A stretch of 58,989 nucleotides of DNA, filler included, from Dugesia japonica (GCA_001938525.1; 5 parts of 5 records of this genome joined end to end with filler, not necessarily neighbours in it), one strand, 5' to 3'. Shown: positions 24,460 through 38,000, counted from the whole stretch's first letter. The notes: generated by a model not told the origin, from the sequence alone. Program-made: numbers and translations.

Positions 24460-25560
24460 TGGTATAAATTTCTTGCAACGATTAGCATGAACGAATATTG
24501 GTTCATGGTCTGGTTTATTATGTAGTTGTAATAACACGTTTGTATCGGTAGTTTTAATAACTTCTTAAGGTCCTTTAAATGGCCTCATTAACTTTGGTGA
24601 AAATCCCTTTTTATTGGAGTGTCCTTCTAACATCATTAAATCTCCTGTTATGAATGGATTTTCTTTCGTTGTTTTATCATATCTTTCTTTCATTGATTCT
24701 TGATTGAATTTGATATTCAACCCAGCTNNNNNNNNNNNNNNNNNNNNNNNNNNNCTCAATTCTACTGCATAATCTTTTTCATCCATATATTGTGAAATTT
24801 GTGGATAGAAAATTAAATCAACTGGCATATTTGTATGCCGTCCGTACATCATATAAAATGGTGATTGATTTATGCTTGGTTGTATTGCATTTCTGTACGC
24901 AAATAAGCACGATGGAATGTGTACATCCCAATCGGTTTGGTTAGTGTTAACATATGACGCGAGCATATTAACAAGCGTGTCATTAAATCGTTCTACTAGA
25001 CCATTGGTTTGTGGATGGTAGGGTGATGTATTTAACTTCAAAATTCCCAAAATACTCGTTTATTGCTTTAATGAGATTGCTCATAAAATTAGTTCCTCTA
25101 TCAGATAACAATTTTTTAAGAACTCCAAACTTAAATATTATTTGTTCGACAAAAACCTTTGCTATTGTAGGGGCTTCATGATTTGGTAAAGGAAAAGCTT
25201 CAGACCATTTAGTGAGATAATCGCAAAATACTAAGATGACTCTATTTCCGCTGCTTGTTAGTGGAAATCTTCCGAAACCTCGACGGCTAGTACATCCCAA
25301 GGATGTAATGATACTGGCATTGGTTTAATGGTTCTTTAGCTTTCTTTCCTGTGTTTCTTCTGGTAGCGCAAATTTGACATGATTGACACCATGCTTTAAC
25401 ATCTAGTTCCATAGATGGCCAAAAATATTTGAATTTTAATCTAGATAGTGTTTTTCTGGTGTACAAATGTCCTCCTAATGCTCCATCGTGATATTAGAGT
25501 AACAATGGATCTCTTAAATTGTTAGGAACAACAACAGTTGATTGTTGAGCATCCATAAAT
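24460..25560 (-). pseudogene. Gypsy integrase
   Basis: HH-CC zinc region, DYLTKWSEAFP, LLSDRGTNF, TSPYHPQTNGLVERFN, FKGP, VHANRCK. Confidence 0.95.
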
Positions 25561-25686
25561 TTAATAATACCTTCATCGATTATGAAACAATTTTGATCTT
25601 TGTGCCATCCTTTAGGCAATTCTGTTATTTCTCCTTTGATTAACTTGTTAACTAATTTTAATTCATCATCGTCTTGTTGTGCTTGT

Positions 25687-27000
25687 TTAATATCGATTTT
25701 GCTTCAGAATAGTAAATATAGTATCTGTCGTTTGATATTGCTCACTTGGCAAACGAGATATAGCGTCTGCGTTAGCATTGGCTTGTCCCTTTCTGTATCG
25801 TACTTCGATATCGTACTTTTGTAACTCTAATGCATATCTGATAAATTTAGATAGATTATTTTTATGTTTCATCAGCCATTGTAATGGGCAGTGATTGATT
25901 AGTACAATCACTTTTCAACCTCATATGTATTGTCTAAACTTTTGAACTGCGAAAATTATTGCATATGTTTCTAATTCAATGACTGCATAGTTTTTCTGAT
26001 GTTTTTTTAATAGCTGGCTCGCATATGCAACAGCACACTCTTTTCCATCATCATCTATTTGTCCTAGGACCGCTCCGACTGCTAAATTACTAGCGTCAGT
26101 CATTACATAAAATTGTCTTGACATATCTGGATGTCGCAAAATTGGTTAAGTAATCAATTTTTTTTAACGTTTCAAATGCTTGCTGTTGTTCAGCTCTCCA
26201 ACTGAATTTTACATTTTTTCTATCCAATTTAGTCATTGGATGCGCGATTTTTGCAAAAGTTTCAATGAATTTTCGATAATAATTAGCTAAAGCCACAAAT
26301 TATTTGGTTTCCATTTGATTTTTAGGAATTGGATAATCTTTTACTTTTTTAATGTTATTTGGGTCTGGTTTAACCCCATCTCTAGATATAACATATCCCA
26401 AGTATTCAATTTTGTCTTGACACCATGTGCATTTTGTTGGTTTCAATTTGATTCCTGCCTGTCTCATACGTTGGAAAACTACTTCAATGTCTTTCAAATG
26501 TGATTTCAAGTCTTCAGAAAAGATTATAACATCATCGATATACACGATGGCATGATCTACATCCATTAAAGCGAAATTCATAGCTCTTTGAAAAGTAGCT
26601 GGTGCTCTGGTTAAACCAAAGTGCATTAAATTGTACTCAAATAATCCTTTATCAGTGGCAAATGCTGTTATTGCTTTGGCTTTTTCATCCATGATGAAAT
26701 CCTATATTCGCATCTAGTGCTGAAAACATTTTAGCATTTCGTAGTCGTCGTATTATTTCCTCTATTAATGGTAGAGGGAAAGCATCCTTTATAGATACTT
26801 AATTTACTGCTCTGTAATCAATACACAATCGTATTCCTCCTCCCTTTTTCTTCACCACGATTAATGGCGAACACCAAGGTGATTTGCTTGGTCTGATTAG
26901 TTTGTGTTTACGCAGTAGTTCTACTCTTTCATGAACTAGCTTCTGTAATGGTTACGGTATTGGATACAGTCGTTTTTTGATTGGAGCAGGATTTATTAAT
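25687..27000 (-). pseudogene. Gypsy reverse transcriptase and RNase H
   Basis: [63 protein letters not shown]. Confidence 0.97.
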
Positions 27001-27444
27001 GTAATTTCGTGCTTTAGTATCTTACATACTCCTAAATCGAATTCGTGTTTTGAGAAAATATCTCCGTATTTTCTGAGTAAACTCATAAAATCGACTTTTT
27101 CTTCCATAGACAGTTCTAAATTCATTACTGATGGTGGATCATATATTTCTATTTCATCCACTTTAGGTTGTTTTGTTGATATTTCATCTCTTTGCATTAC
27201 TGTAATTTTTCCAATTTTTGTATTTGGAAACAACAATTTATTTTTGTTATCTAAATTACATATTCTGATTGGTATTTCCCCATTCTTCGGTTTAACTAAT
27301 GCAATTGCTGATCGGGATATTATATTTCCGTATGAATTCTGGATTTGGTTCAAACAATACGTCTTCCGTAATTTCTTTATTCACATTAACATAACAGATC
27401 ACTTCTGTTCTTCTAGGGATTTCAATTCTATTTGAGATAAATGC

Positions 27445-27840
27445 CTAATCTCTGTCGTAGACTATCTTTTTATCTGGTGTAATCTTTACTAGACTACCGC
27501 TAGTGCAATCAAAACTTACGTCTTGTAATTGCCTTAATACATCCATTCCCAATATGGCTTCACTAGGACAATTTATCATTACTCTCGCTGCTACTTCAAA
27601 TGTTTGATCACATACTTTGAATTTAAATTTTAAGTGTCCTTTCAACTTTACTTCTACTCCGTTTATTCCAGTAGGTATTATTGCTGCTTTTGTAATTTCA
27701 TCAATTTCTGTATAGTTTAATATTTTGTAGTCGATCAGTGTGACATCTGATCCGGTATCGATTATTGAGTATACCCAATGTCTGTTAACTTTTATTTTTA
27801 TAGTTGGTTTTTGATATTTAGGAGATTCGTTGGATATCAT
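27445..27840 (-). CDS. Retropepsin aspartic protease
   Basis: IIDTGSDVTLI and AILGMDVL. Confidence 0.93.
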   Translation of the reverse strand: MISNESPKYQKPTIKIKVNRHWVYSIIDTGSDVTLIDYKILNYTEIDEITKAAIIPTGINGVEVKLKGHLKFKFKVCDQTFEVAARVMINCPSEAILGMDVLRQLQDVSFDCTSGSLVKITPDKKIVYDRD

Positions 27841-27852
27841 AAATACTGACTC

Positions 27853-30213
27853 TTAGATTATCAATCCCTTTCTTTTCATTTCATCTTGTAGTTGTTGCTG
27901 TTGTTTCAACTGATCTAACGGTTTTATAGGATATTGAGATTGGATTGGTGCAGTAGATGCTGTATACTGCCATGATTTATTTCTATCATTGATCTGTACT
28001 TCGTCATCTGAATATGACGTAACCAAATTTTGATGATGCCTTTTTACTGTTAGAGAAAATATTTTAGTTCTTTTTTCATCCTCTAAATCTGAATAATCTG
28101 AAAAAAATTTTTAATGATGATTTATTTTGATTGGATTTCATTCTGTATTGTCAAGAGGCAACATGATATATGTTTTGTCTCACCCCTCCATCCTTTGGAT
28201 AGTTATCGTCCTGATGATCATCATCTTCAAAATAAATTTCTCTGTGTCTAGGCATTGATTGCTTTTGATTTAATTCGTTGATCAATTTATGATGCCTTCT
28301 GAATATAAGATGTGTTGCTATAAATGGACAACATCCAAATATTAATTTCCAAGTGCATCCAATTGTTTTGTAGATGTCTGCAAAAGATAATACCTGTTCT
28401 GCTGCGACTTTTATTAATACTAATATTATTAATATGCCTGAGATTCCTGCCATAGTTGTTCCAAAGGCAGTGAAACATCCCCATACGCTTCCCCATATTT
28501 GACGTGCAACACTTTTTGCCGCATGTTTGTAGTGTTCTATTCCAAATAATTAGTTATAATCTAGCATTTGCATTCCATTTTGGTAGATGGTTCTTATAAT
28601 TTCCGAAATTCTTCTTTCTCTTACTTTAGGAAAGAATATCGTTTTTAATGCTTCATCTATATCTTGTCGTGTATAGACTCTGTTTGTATTTATGACGTTG
28701 ATTGGTTCGGCTTCAAAGTTTTGATCTAACTTTATAGCCTATATTGTATGCACCTCAGCTGGTGGTGGCTTTCTATCTGGTAATGATATCCAGATGTTAT
28801 TGATTTTATATAATGGTAATAATACACCATTATACATAGATATTTGTGGTTTAGCTTGTTCATCTATCAATAAATGAGTGATAGGAGTCATAAATCGTCA
28901 TTTTTTTGATAAATTACTAGAAATTCGATCGTACACGGAGCATAGTTTGTTACTGCAACTACTACCGCTTCACAACGATACACATATAACGCTTCTGCCA
29001 TAATTCTACCGAACATTCCATCTTCGGCTATTATTTGAGTTATTAAATCTGGGTTAATTATTGATAGTGCTAATCTATTTCTCATAATTTCTCGATTTAA
29101 TCGACAGTCGTTTAGTATCACTTCTTGATAAATTTCTTTTAATTCTGCTTGAAGATCATGATACAAGTAATCAACTTTGTTATTAATATAATTTGTTAGT
29201 TTTATATCCATTGAATGTATCTTGTTAGCAGTTGATATTTACTTTTTGCTTAGATATATATCTTTATAATTGGTTTCGTAGACAATTTCTGCACATTTAG
29301 TGGTTTGAGCTTTTCGCACCAGTCTAATGGCATCTTTTGAATCTGCTGAAATTAACATTATCAGTGTTCTCTTTTCATCCAATCCTTCTTCTCTGCTTTC
29401 ATTTTTGGCTGTTTTTGCATTTATTTTATGGTTAACAACCTTTTCTGCTTTAAATTTTGTGCCATTTATTTTTTCAAAAGTCACTTGCTTAAGCAGTGCT
29501 AGTTCGCAAAAGTTTAATTGTGGTTTGTAAATCATTCTTGCTGCTTCCGTGGAGCATGGTGCATATTTCGAGTTGGATTCGGGATAATTAACCATTTTTC
29601 CCGTAATAGCTTCGAATACTCCTTCATATTCTAATAGTTCGACGACATATTCCTCAATATCTACAACCCCCGTTTTTACTCAAGTTTGTCCTCTCCATTT
29701 ACCGGGTCCATCGTAGGTTTTGTCGTCTTTAATGTAACCTCGTATCAATGTGTCTACTAGTTTTTTATTTGGCAATGCTTTAATTGATCTTTCTTTGTCA
29801 ATACGTAACTTTTGTGTTCCTAACGCATTTTCACAGTCTTCCGACAACACACGTATCGGTCTGGGTGTTATTTTCATTGATAGAAACACTGTGTATGAAT
29901 GTCTACCGCACCAATATTCGAAAGTAGATTGTTGTAATCTGCATTCTCTGACTTCCGTGCGATAGTACGTAGTTTCTTGGTACACGTAGTATGCTTCCGG
30001 ATTACTTCGCTGTAATCTTGTTGGATATGCAACTTTACATTCGATAGTATCAACTAAAGAATATATTTTGACTAATTCTGGCTTCTTGCAATCATACGCT
30101 ATCAATCCTGATGTTTGCGTGATCATTTGCGTTAAAAGAATTGTTAATAACATCAAAATAGTATTTTGTAAATTTAGTGGTCTCTTTACTGGTATTTGAT
30201 TGTTACCTCTCAC
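27853..30213 (-). pseudogene. Chuvirus-like (class III) envelope glycoprotein
   Basis: Signal peptide then GLIAYDC..YSLVDTIEC; C..S..YWCG.HS; YETNY; MDIKLTNYINNKVDYLY; LYVYRCEAV; C-terminal FGTTMAGISGILIILVLIK TM region. Confidence 0.82.
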
Positions 30214-30992
30214 TGTTCGTAATTATAGGAATTCGGACCATTGCCCATGTGTGACAATCCATGGTTCTACAAATTGTACGATTATGCCACTCAGCATTTC
30301 TATCTCTTGATCTAGGTCAAAATTTTTCTCGTTAGCATGTTCTATTCGTTTGATTAAATAAGCAAAAATATTACATATCTTTGCTTCATCTAGGCCAGTT
30401 TCATACACTTACCGTATGACCGCACTTATATTTTCACCGTCATATTGTACTGTCGGCAGTTGATCGATGCAACTCTTAATCAATTTTTAAATTGATATTC
30501 ACAATCCACTTTATCTAGTGGTAACTCTGGCATGATTTTTTTTTACTAAATTATTAGTTAACTTTTCAGTACTCGACATTCGATGTATAGGTACCTCTGG
30601 TGGTTGATTCCACGTTGGAACTGCTGCTGTAATTTGTCTTGCTCTAAGTGCACTTCGTGTTTCATCTGATAACAGATTTCTAAGTGGCGGTATTTACCCT
30701 GAATTAGGTGGTCTACCTCTTCGTCTTGTATTTACGTGAGAGTTAGCATGTCTAATTTGTGTTAGTACCTCTTGTACTGTACTTGTTTGATTAATAATTG
30801 GTGGTCTTATTTCTTCATCTGTAGGCACATTTTCTACATCAGAAATGATTACATCGTCTACATCTAAATCTACTTGATGCAATTGATTAATCGGCTCTAT
30901 CATAACCGGTATTACTGCTTCGGGAGGTGGGGGTGTATTGAGCTTATCCATCTCCATTCGATTATGTTCAGTTTCCTCTTCAGACTCTTCTG

Positions 30993-31230
30993 TTACCTCA
31001 ATTCAGGTACTACTTGTAGTACAACATTTATTTTTCTGTCTGCAAGATATCCAACATCGACCAGATATTCATCATCGTCAACTAAACTTCCATATATAAT
31101 TATCAGGTAAATATTTTGCTCATTAATTTCATGTCGAATTTCTCTCCTTAACCTTTTAACTTTAGTGAAACAATGATAATATTTTGTTATATTTGGATAG
31201 CCTTGTATAGCAATATCCAGTGTCAACATT
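30993..31230 (-). pseudogene. Ubiquitin-like domain 2
   Basis: TKVKRLRREI..IYLIIIYGSLVDDDEYLVDVGYLADRKINVVL resembles the ubiquitin C-terminal half. Confidence 0.5.
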
Positions 31231-31570
31231 CCTTGTCTGGATGGATTATGTCTGATAGCTTCGCCGTTTTTCCGCACGAGCATTTTTATTTCCGTTTGAT
31301 AAGGAGTGTTTAGACTCATTATTGGTAATATATTATCAATCAATTGTGCTAATGTATTGACAGGTATAGCTAGTATGATACAACAGCTTTTTAACTGTTG
31401 TATTATCTATAGTTAACTTTTGTAATTCATCTTTTATTTGATGTGGTAATGCTTCCATTTTTTCCATTTCTCTTGGTTCATATTCTATTACCAAACAACA
31501 TTGTTTTGATCAATACACATTGTAGAATTTAATGAATACCTAAGTCTTATCTCATTCGGCCAATCTGGGA

Positions 31571-31750
31571 TTAGTCCGTTTCCAGTAATGTTTTATTTGG
31601 ATCCATTAATTGTCCAAAATATCTGAGTTGAATTGGCTGTACTTTACGACACTGAAGTTTACAAATCAAGTTTTGTACTGTATCTAATGGTTTCATTTCT
31701 ATCTCAAAGCGATTACCGTGTGGTGGTTTAATCGCAATTAAGATTCTCTC
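31571..31750 (-). pseudogene. Ubiquitin-like domain 1
   Basis: ILIAIKPPHGNRFEIEMKPLDTVQNLICKLQ..QLRYFGQLMDPNKTL vs ubiquitin [46 protein letters not shown]. Confidence 0.72.
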
Positions 31751-32294
31751 AGCTCTAACTCTTGGTTTGAGCTGGCATCCGATTTTCTGTAAAATCGCTA
31801 ATGCTGGATCATCAAACATGTTATCTTCATTTACTCGAGTTGTAACAAGCTCTAATGCTTCCGGTATATCGCTATCCGGTATNNNNNNNNNNNNNNNNNN
31901 NNNNNNNNNNNNNNNNNGCATTTCATTTACTTTTTGTCTGTATTTGTCAATTTTTAAACATTTCCCCATGTCTGTTTTTTCTTCAAATGACGTATCTGAT
32001 AGTAAGAAATATACACTGTTTTCATCATCACTAGTCGTTGTATACGACTCATTGTCTGTATCGCTTTCAATTGCCTCATTTTTCTTTGCATAGAAAATGG
32101 TTTCATTGTTATCTGTATTTGTCGGTATGCTTCCTTGAGCATAGTAAATATCGTCATTGTCAGATTGTTCCTGCAATTTGCTCAGTCGCGTTCTCTCCTT
32201 CTGGAGTTCATATTCTAATTGTTCTAACAGGCTTTTGCAGTTGTCTTCATCTACTAAATGAGTAGTAGGTATTCCTTGTGTAATTTCCCTTGAA

Positions 32295-32361
32295 GCACTA
32301 CAGGATCTAGCCATGTGTCCGTACTTCTTGCAATTGTGACATTTTATTTGTCCCTCTGTAT
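32295..32361 (-). CDS. Gag nucleocapsid zinc knuckle
   Basis: CHNCKKYGHMARSC, in frame with ORF 31571-32314. Confidence 0.9.
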
Positions 32362-32405
32362 NNNNNNNNNNNNNNNNNNNNNNNNNNNNNNNNNNNNNNN
32401 NNNNN

Positions 32406-32417
32406 TTAATTAATTAA
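32406..32417. other. Artificial contig linker
   Basis: TTAATTAATTAA in N run. Confidence 0.97.
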
Positions 32418-33119
32418 NNNNNNNNNNNNNNNNNNNNNNNNNNNNNNNNNNNNNNNNNNNNACTTTATATTTTATTTACTTGTAAAATTGTTATAATTTT
32501 AATAAAGTTTACTATAAAATAAACGTGTTATTTTTTGATTTATCTTTATTTATTATTTATAATAAATAAAAGAATAGTTCACCTACACGCCTAGTAATTT
32601 TAAATTGGAGTCAGTTTATTTATTGTTAAGTACCTGAGCCCACTAGGATCTAACAAGAATATAAAAATGAAAATATCCAAACAAATTAATTTTATAAAAT
32701 TATATTAATTAATATAAAAACCGAAATTCAAAAGATGTTTTCTTTTTTAAATTTTTTGCAATACATCCAATGATAATAATGATAATAATATTTGAAACGG
32801 TTATTATTCTTCTAATAGGAGATTGATAATGATTTTTAGCTTTAATAATAATGTTTAATTTGGAGGTTTATAAGCTTCTTTATTCGATTTTATTTTCCGT
32901 TTGGTGATTGCCAAGAATTTTGTTTTTTTTCTTTATTTGAAAAGTAATTTTTTAATTTTAATTTTTTTATTTCAAATTCTCTGTCGATAATTTAATCAAA
33001 ATTTTTATTCTCAAATATTTCTATTATAATTATAGTAATACACGTGTGTATGCATTTATACAAACATATATAAACATTTTTAAAAAACATAAAAATAAAA
33101 ACAATAACATTACACAATG

Positions 33120-34288
33120 TCAATAATATGACTCCAAAAGATACAAAGTTAACTGCTAATTATGATGTCACTACTGAACCAGTAGAAGGCAATCTATCTC
33201 AAGGGGATTTGGATCACACAGTTGAAGTTCTTAATTCTTCAATAAACAAATAAAAGACCTCAGTTTTGTATGCGATAATACCAGAAATAAGAAAAATTAA
33301 AATCTGCTCTGACCAATTCAACACTTACAAAGTCTTCGTCTAAAAATGTAGAAAAATGATGGTATGGCTCCACAATCTGGCCGAAGTGACCAAAAAGCTT
33401 GATTGTGAGAAAGCTACCTGATAAAGAAACTTTTTGGTTTAGTGACGCATAAATAGATCGATATATTGAAGACAACCTCAAGAATGATAGGTCTGCGGTG
33501 ATTCCAAGTTGGATTTTCACTTTGACAAAACCAAAATCGACCTCTATTAGTGAAACATAGAATAAATTTGATTTTAGTAACATTTCCAGGATTTTCACTG
33601 TTATTCATGTTAATAATAATCCCTGGATTTTGTTCGTTGCCTAAAACTGCAAGTCTATGATTCTTGAAATCAAACTCTATTAATATTAGAAAGGAAATTA
33701 CCAACACCCTCAATTTAGAATTTTGTCGGAAGTTTGTTTTTCAAATAAAAAAACAAACTAATGGAAATGATTGTGGTACATTGGTCTGTTGATACATTAT
33801 GAAAATTTCCAATGACAAGATCACTTGGAATACTAACATTGATGAAATTTGTACATGGGTTCATAAAGTTGCCTATGAAACGCCTGATCAAATATTACTT
33901 TGGCTCAACATCTATTGATTCTCCGGATAGTAATTTAGGCATTTGGTATCAAATTCACCATGATCCCAATTTTATATTTGAAGAATTCGATCAATGCGAA
34001 CCATCCTAATAGAAATTCTATGTCAGATAGTAGACCAGGTATCATGAATGTTACTTAGAAGGACATTAAATATTGCGATCCAAAAGTCCAATTATTGTGT
34101 CTACTGTTCAACAGAATTTTTTAAACAGGCCAAGTTCTCAAGAGTTAGAAATCTTACTCCACTCTTTTGATTCCAAAACCTGACAAGGATAGTATAACAA
34201 AATTGGATCTTGGAGACCAATTGTCTTACTTGAGTGTACCTATAAACTATTTACTGCATGTTTGGCTAAAATGATTGAGAATTGAATT
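33120..34288 (+). mobile_element. Non-LTR retrotransposon (NeSL/R2-like), N-terminal region and start of RT, decayed
   Basis: RPG..CDPK..LFNRIF..TLLIPKP..GSWRPIVLLECTYKLFTACLAK. Confidence 0.85.
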
Positions 34289-34608
34289 TTTTGGGTTGCT
34301 AGGCTTTTGATGTTGTTTTAATTTAATTTATATTGATCTTTCTTTTTAATCTCTCGATCATCATTATCTCTTTTCTTTAATATCATTTCTGTCTCGGGGA
34401 TGATACCTAGCAACCACAGAAATTTGCGTTGCTCTCTCTAGCAACACGATCCTCCTTTTCCCGGAACCAGCGGGACTATCCTGTATCTCGTCTTGTGTGT
34501 TTAATTTCTCTTTTATCCGGCTCTCAACTTTGCAGTGTTGTTTGTTGTTATTAATAAAAAACTTCTCAGTTAAAACATTTGTAGAAAAGTTTTTTTAGAT
34601 ACTAGTAT

Positions 34609-34965
34609 TCACTCATCTATGTTGATGGTTTCTTTTTCTTTTTGAATCTCCTTGACGGGTTTCGTCACCTGTGTGAGTGTGCAAACGGTTGCGATCATCA
34701 CGCTCTCTCGGTCGGCATATGATTTGATGATGTCGGCCATCGCTCGATATGATTGCGATAGAGCAAGATCCATTTCCTGCAACTTAATACTCTTCGCTCG
34801 TAGGGTAGAGTTCTTTCTTTGTAACTCCGTGACTTCACCTTGTAACTTCCTTTGTAATGACGCCCATTTCTTACGAAGGTCCACTATAGAAATGTCTGTT
34901 AGTGTCCTGGTTTCTGACACTGAAATTATGGAAANATAAAATTCTATAACTTTAATTATCTTCAC
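34609..34965 (-). CDS. Family X coiled-coil gene, copy C
   Basis: LRKKWASLQ...MADIIKSYADRESVM...INIDE*. Confidence 0.75.
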   Translation of the reverse strand: MKIIKVIEFYXSIISVSETRTLTDISIVDLRKKWASLQRKLQGEVTELQRKNSTLRAKSIKLQEMDLALSQSYRAMADIIKSYADRESVMIATVCTLTQVTKPVKEIQKEKETINIDE

Positions 34966-35049
34966 ATAATCATTTTATTAAATGTAAAATTGTTCATCAC
35001 GTTATTTATCATCAATCATTTATAAATCGAAATCAATATAATTATAATA

Positions 35050-38000
35050 TGATTTCATCTTTAATTCTTTGTTATCAGGAGAGTGTTTTATATCATTATC
35101 ATTAAATAACCATAAGACAGAAAAAATTGTTAGATCTAAAAACTATATAGATNNNNNNNNNNNNNNNNNNNNNNNNNNNNNNNNNNNNNNNNNNNNNNNN
35201 NNNNNNACCATCATTTTGTAACATTAGTGCCAATATTTTAGTTTTTAATTTTCCAGATTTCGGTTCTTTATGTATAGTCTTGCATTGGACACAGGTTTTA
35301 CAATCAGTTCTTGAGAGAGCATCTGCATTCAGATGTTCTTCACCTTTTATGTATTCCATTTTAATATCCGAATTGCTAAGATGGTTGATTAATATCTGAA
35401 ATTGTGGTGTTTTTGGTCCTTTAGTCTTCCGCATAAATGTTATTGCTTTAAAATCAGTTCTTAATCGAAATCTCTGTCCATACAAATAATGTTTAAAATG
35501 TTCTGTGAAATAAACAATCGACAAAAGTTCTATTCTGGAAATGCAATAGCCCAGCTCGTGTTTACTCATGGCTTTAGATTCGTAAGCAATAACTTTTTCT
35601 TCACCATAGTTATCAATTTGACTTAAAACTCACCTATTCTATCAAAGCTGACATCAGTGTCCAATATAAATTCTATAGAAAAATTCAGAAACGCTAAAAC
35701 TGGAGCTTTTATTAGCTCACCTTTCAAATTTTTAAAAGAAATTTCGCACTCATCTGTCCAGTATATTTTTTCTGGTTACTACCACATAGATTTTCTAAAC
35801 ATTTTGAATACTTTGTGTAATCCTTTATAAATTTTTTATAAAAATTTGCGAGGTCTATAAAAGTTCTAAACTTTTTAACACATTTTGGGGTTTCAAAATT
35901 AAAAATGGCTTCAATTTTTCACTATCAGTATGGATCTCTCTTGAATTAATAATGTGACCCAGAAATTTTATCTCGTTTTTCATGAAATGACATTTAGATG
36001 GACTTATTTTTAAATCAGCTTCTTTTATACTATTAATAATATCCACCTTTTAATAATTGTGCACCTTTTGTCGAAAATGCAGTTTTACATTTTGAGTCAT
36101 CTGTTAATTCTACTTGATAGTAAGCATTACCCAAATCTATACTAGTAAAATATTTGGCTCCATATAAAATGGAATAAGAAAAATTGGTCTTTCTGTAACT
36201 TCGTTTAACAATCTATAATCTAAGCAAAGTCGTATGTCATCATGGTCTCGTTTTTTTACGCAAACCAAAGGAGCATTCCAAGGGGAGTCACATTTACATA
36301 TAATTCTATTTATATCCATTTCTTTAATATTTTGCTCAATTTAATCTATTAAATGATAAGGTTGACGCCTAAGAATATTTGCAATTGGTTTACTATTTGT
36401 TATTATTTCATGTTTTACAATAATACTTTTTCCAATATCCCATTTATGTTTAATTATAATGCTTTCATATTTTTCTAAAATCGTGAAAATCATTTTATCT
36501 TTAATATTTTCAATTACTAATGTTTTCGGTTTAAATTTATTTACATTAACAGATTCTTCATTAATGGTGAGTTTTATATTAAATTTATTCAATAGATTTA
36601 TTCCACAAATAACANNNNNNNNNNNNNNNNNNNNNNNNNNNNNNNNNNNNNNNNNNNNNNNNNNNNNNNNNNNNNNNTTAAATATACTTTTCCTACAATT
36701 TTTAAAGAACTATTATTCGCACATTTAACATTTATATCAGAATCAATTACTAAAACATTTGCAATTCTTTTTAATAATTCATATTTAATAAGACTAATTT
36801 TAGCTCAAGTATCAAGTAAACATGATGTAACAATATTATTAATTTTTAAATTTATCATAGGTCGACTATCTGCGGTATTATAGTTTTCATAAATTTCTTT
36901 ATCAAAATTATTAATAATTGATAAATTATTATTATCGTTATAATTTTCATTACTACTATAATTATTTTTATTATCCACAATTATATCAAGCATAATATCA
37001 TCACACAAATTTTTTTCAAGCAATCAATATCAATCATACCATTATTGCTCAAATCAAATCTTAAATTTTTTAATGAATCGCCCCGACAACTTCCTCTCTT
37101 GGAAGGGCTTTGGCTTTTGGCAATTGATCTGTCATCATCTGTCATCAAATCATCTGAATGTTCATCGTATGCTGCAACATTGTTTTGACGATAATCTCTT
37201 TTCATATCCCGAATCTCATAGCATTAATGTTTAAAATATCCAGGTCTGTTACACTGGAAACCTTTTACATTTGGACAATTAACTCTGACATGTCCTTCTT
37301 TTTTGCATGACCAACATCTTTTAGATCTTTGTGGAAAATTATTTTCCNTTCTCTTAAATCCTCTTCCGTNAAAACGATTAATGGGTGTACTTGAATTAAC
37401 ATATCTTCTGGAATTCGAATATCGGTTTCTGTTGTTTTCCACTAAGTTATTCCTTTTAAATGTGACTGGGTAATTTGACTGAAAATCATTAAATTTTGCA
37501 GTTGTTGCATAATTCTTCTTTCTGATTTTAATTGCTGCAACATTGACTTCTAGATTAAGCTCCTTCTTGATGTTGTCCATTTTTGAAAAAATGTCTTTCA
37601 TTTCTTCATTTGTACTGGATACTCGAATTTTTATTTCTTTTTTACATCCATATCTTCAACAGCGTTTTGTAAAAGAAAACTGATGAGATTTTCCTTTGTT
37701 AAGTTATGTCTAATTATATTCTCTGCAAGACTATCAATTTTGTTGAAAAACNNNNNNNNNNNNNNNNNNNCTTTTCGATAATTTAATGCAGATAATAAAT
37801 CTTTACCTGAGGAAAAAAATGCTTTCATAAATGTTCTTTGAACAGGACCTTGAGGCATTGTAAGCTCATAAAATCTTGCTATCTCGATAAAAAATACTTC
37901 CACATCGTCTCCAATATTGAAGGTTTTGGAGTAAGAACAAAGGAATTGAGCATATGTTCTTGGGTGGTCACCATGTTAGAAGTCTGTTTCATAACCATAA

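Larger units (their letters stand above)
22166..32361 (-). mobile_element. Large env-bearing Ty3/Gypsy LTR retroelement, decayed, both ends outside the contig
   Basis: Co-oriented Gag CCHC, glycoprotein, PR, RT, RNase H, IN (PR-RT-RH-IN order) plus extra domains. Confidence 0.93.

Noticed and set aside
26315-34939. Plus-strand ORFs antisense to retroelement and family X genes (26315, 26977, 29327, 29750, 31767, 34652)
   Set aside because: Shadow ORFs of the real minus-strand frames
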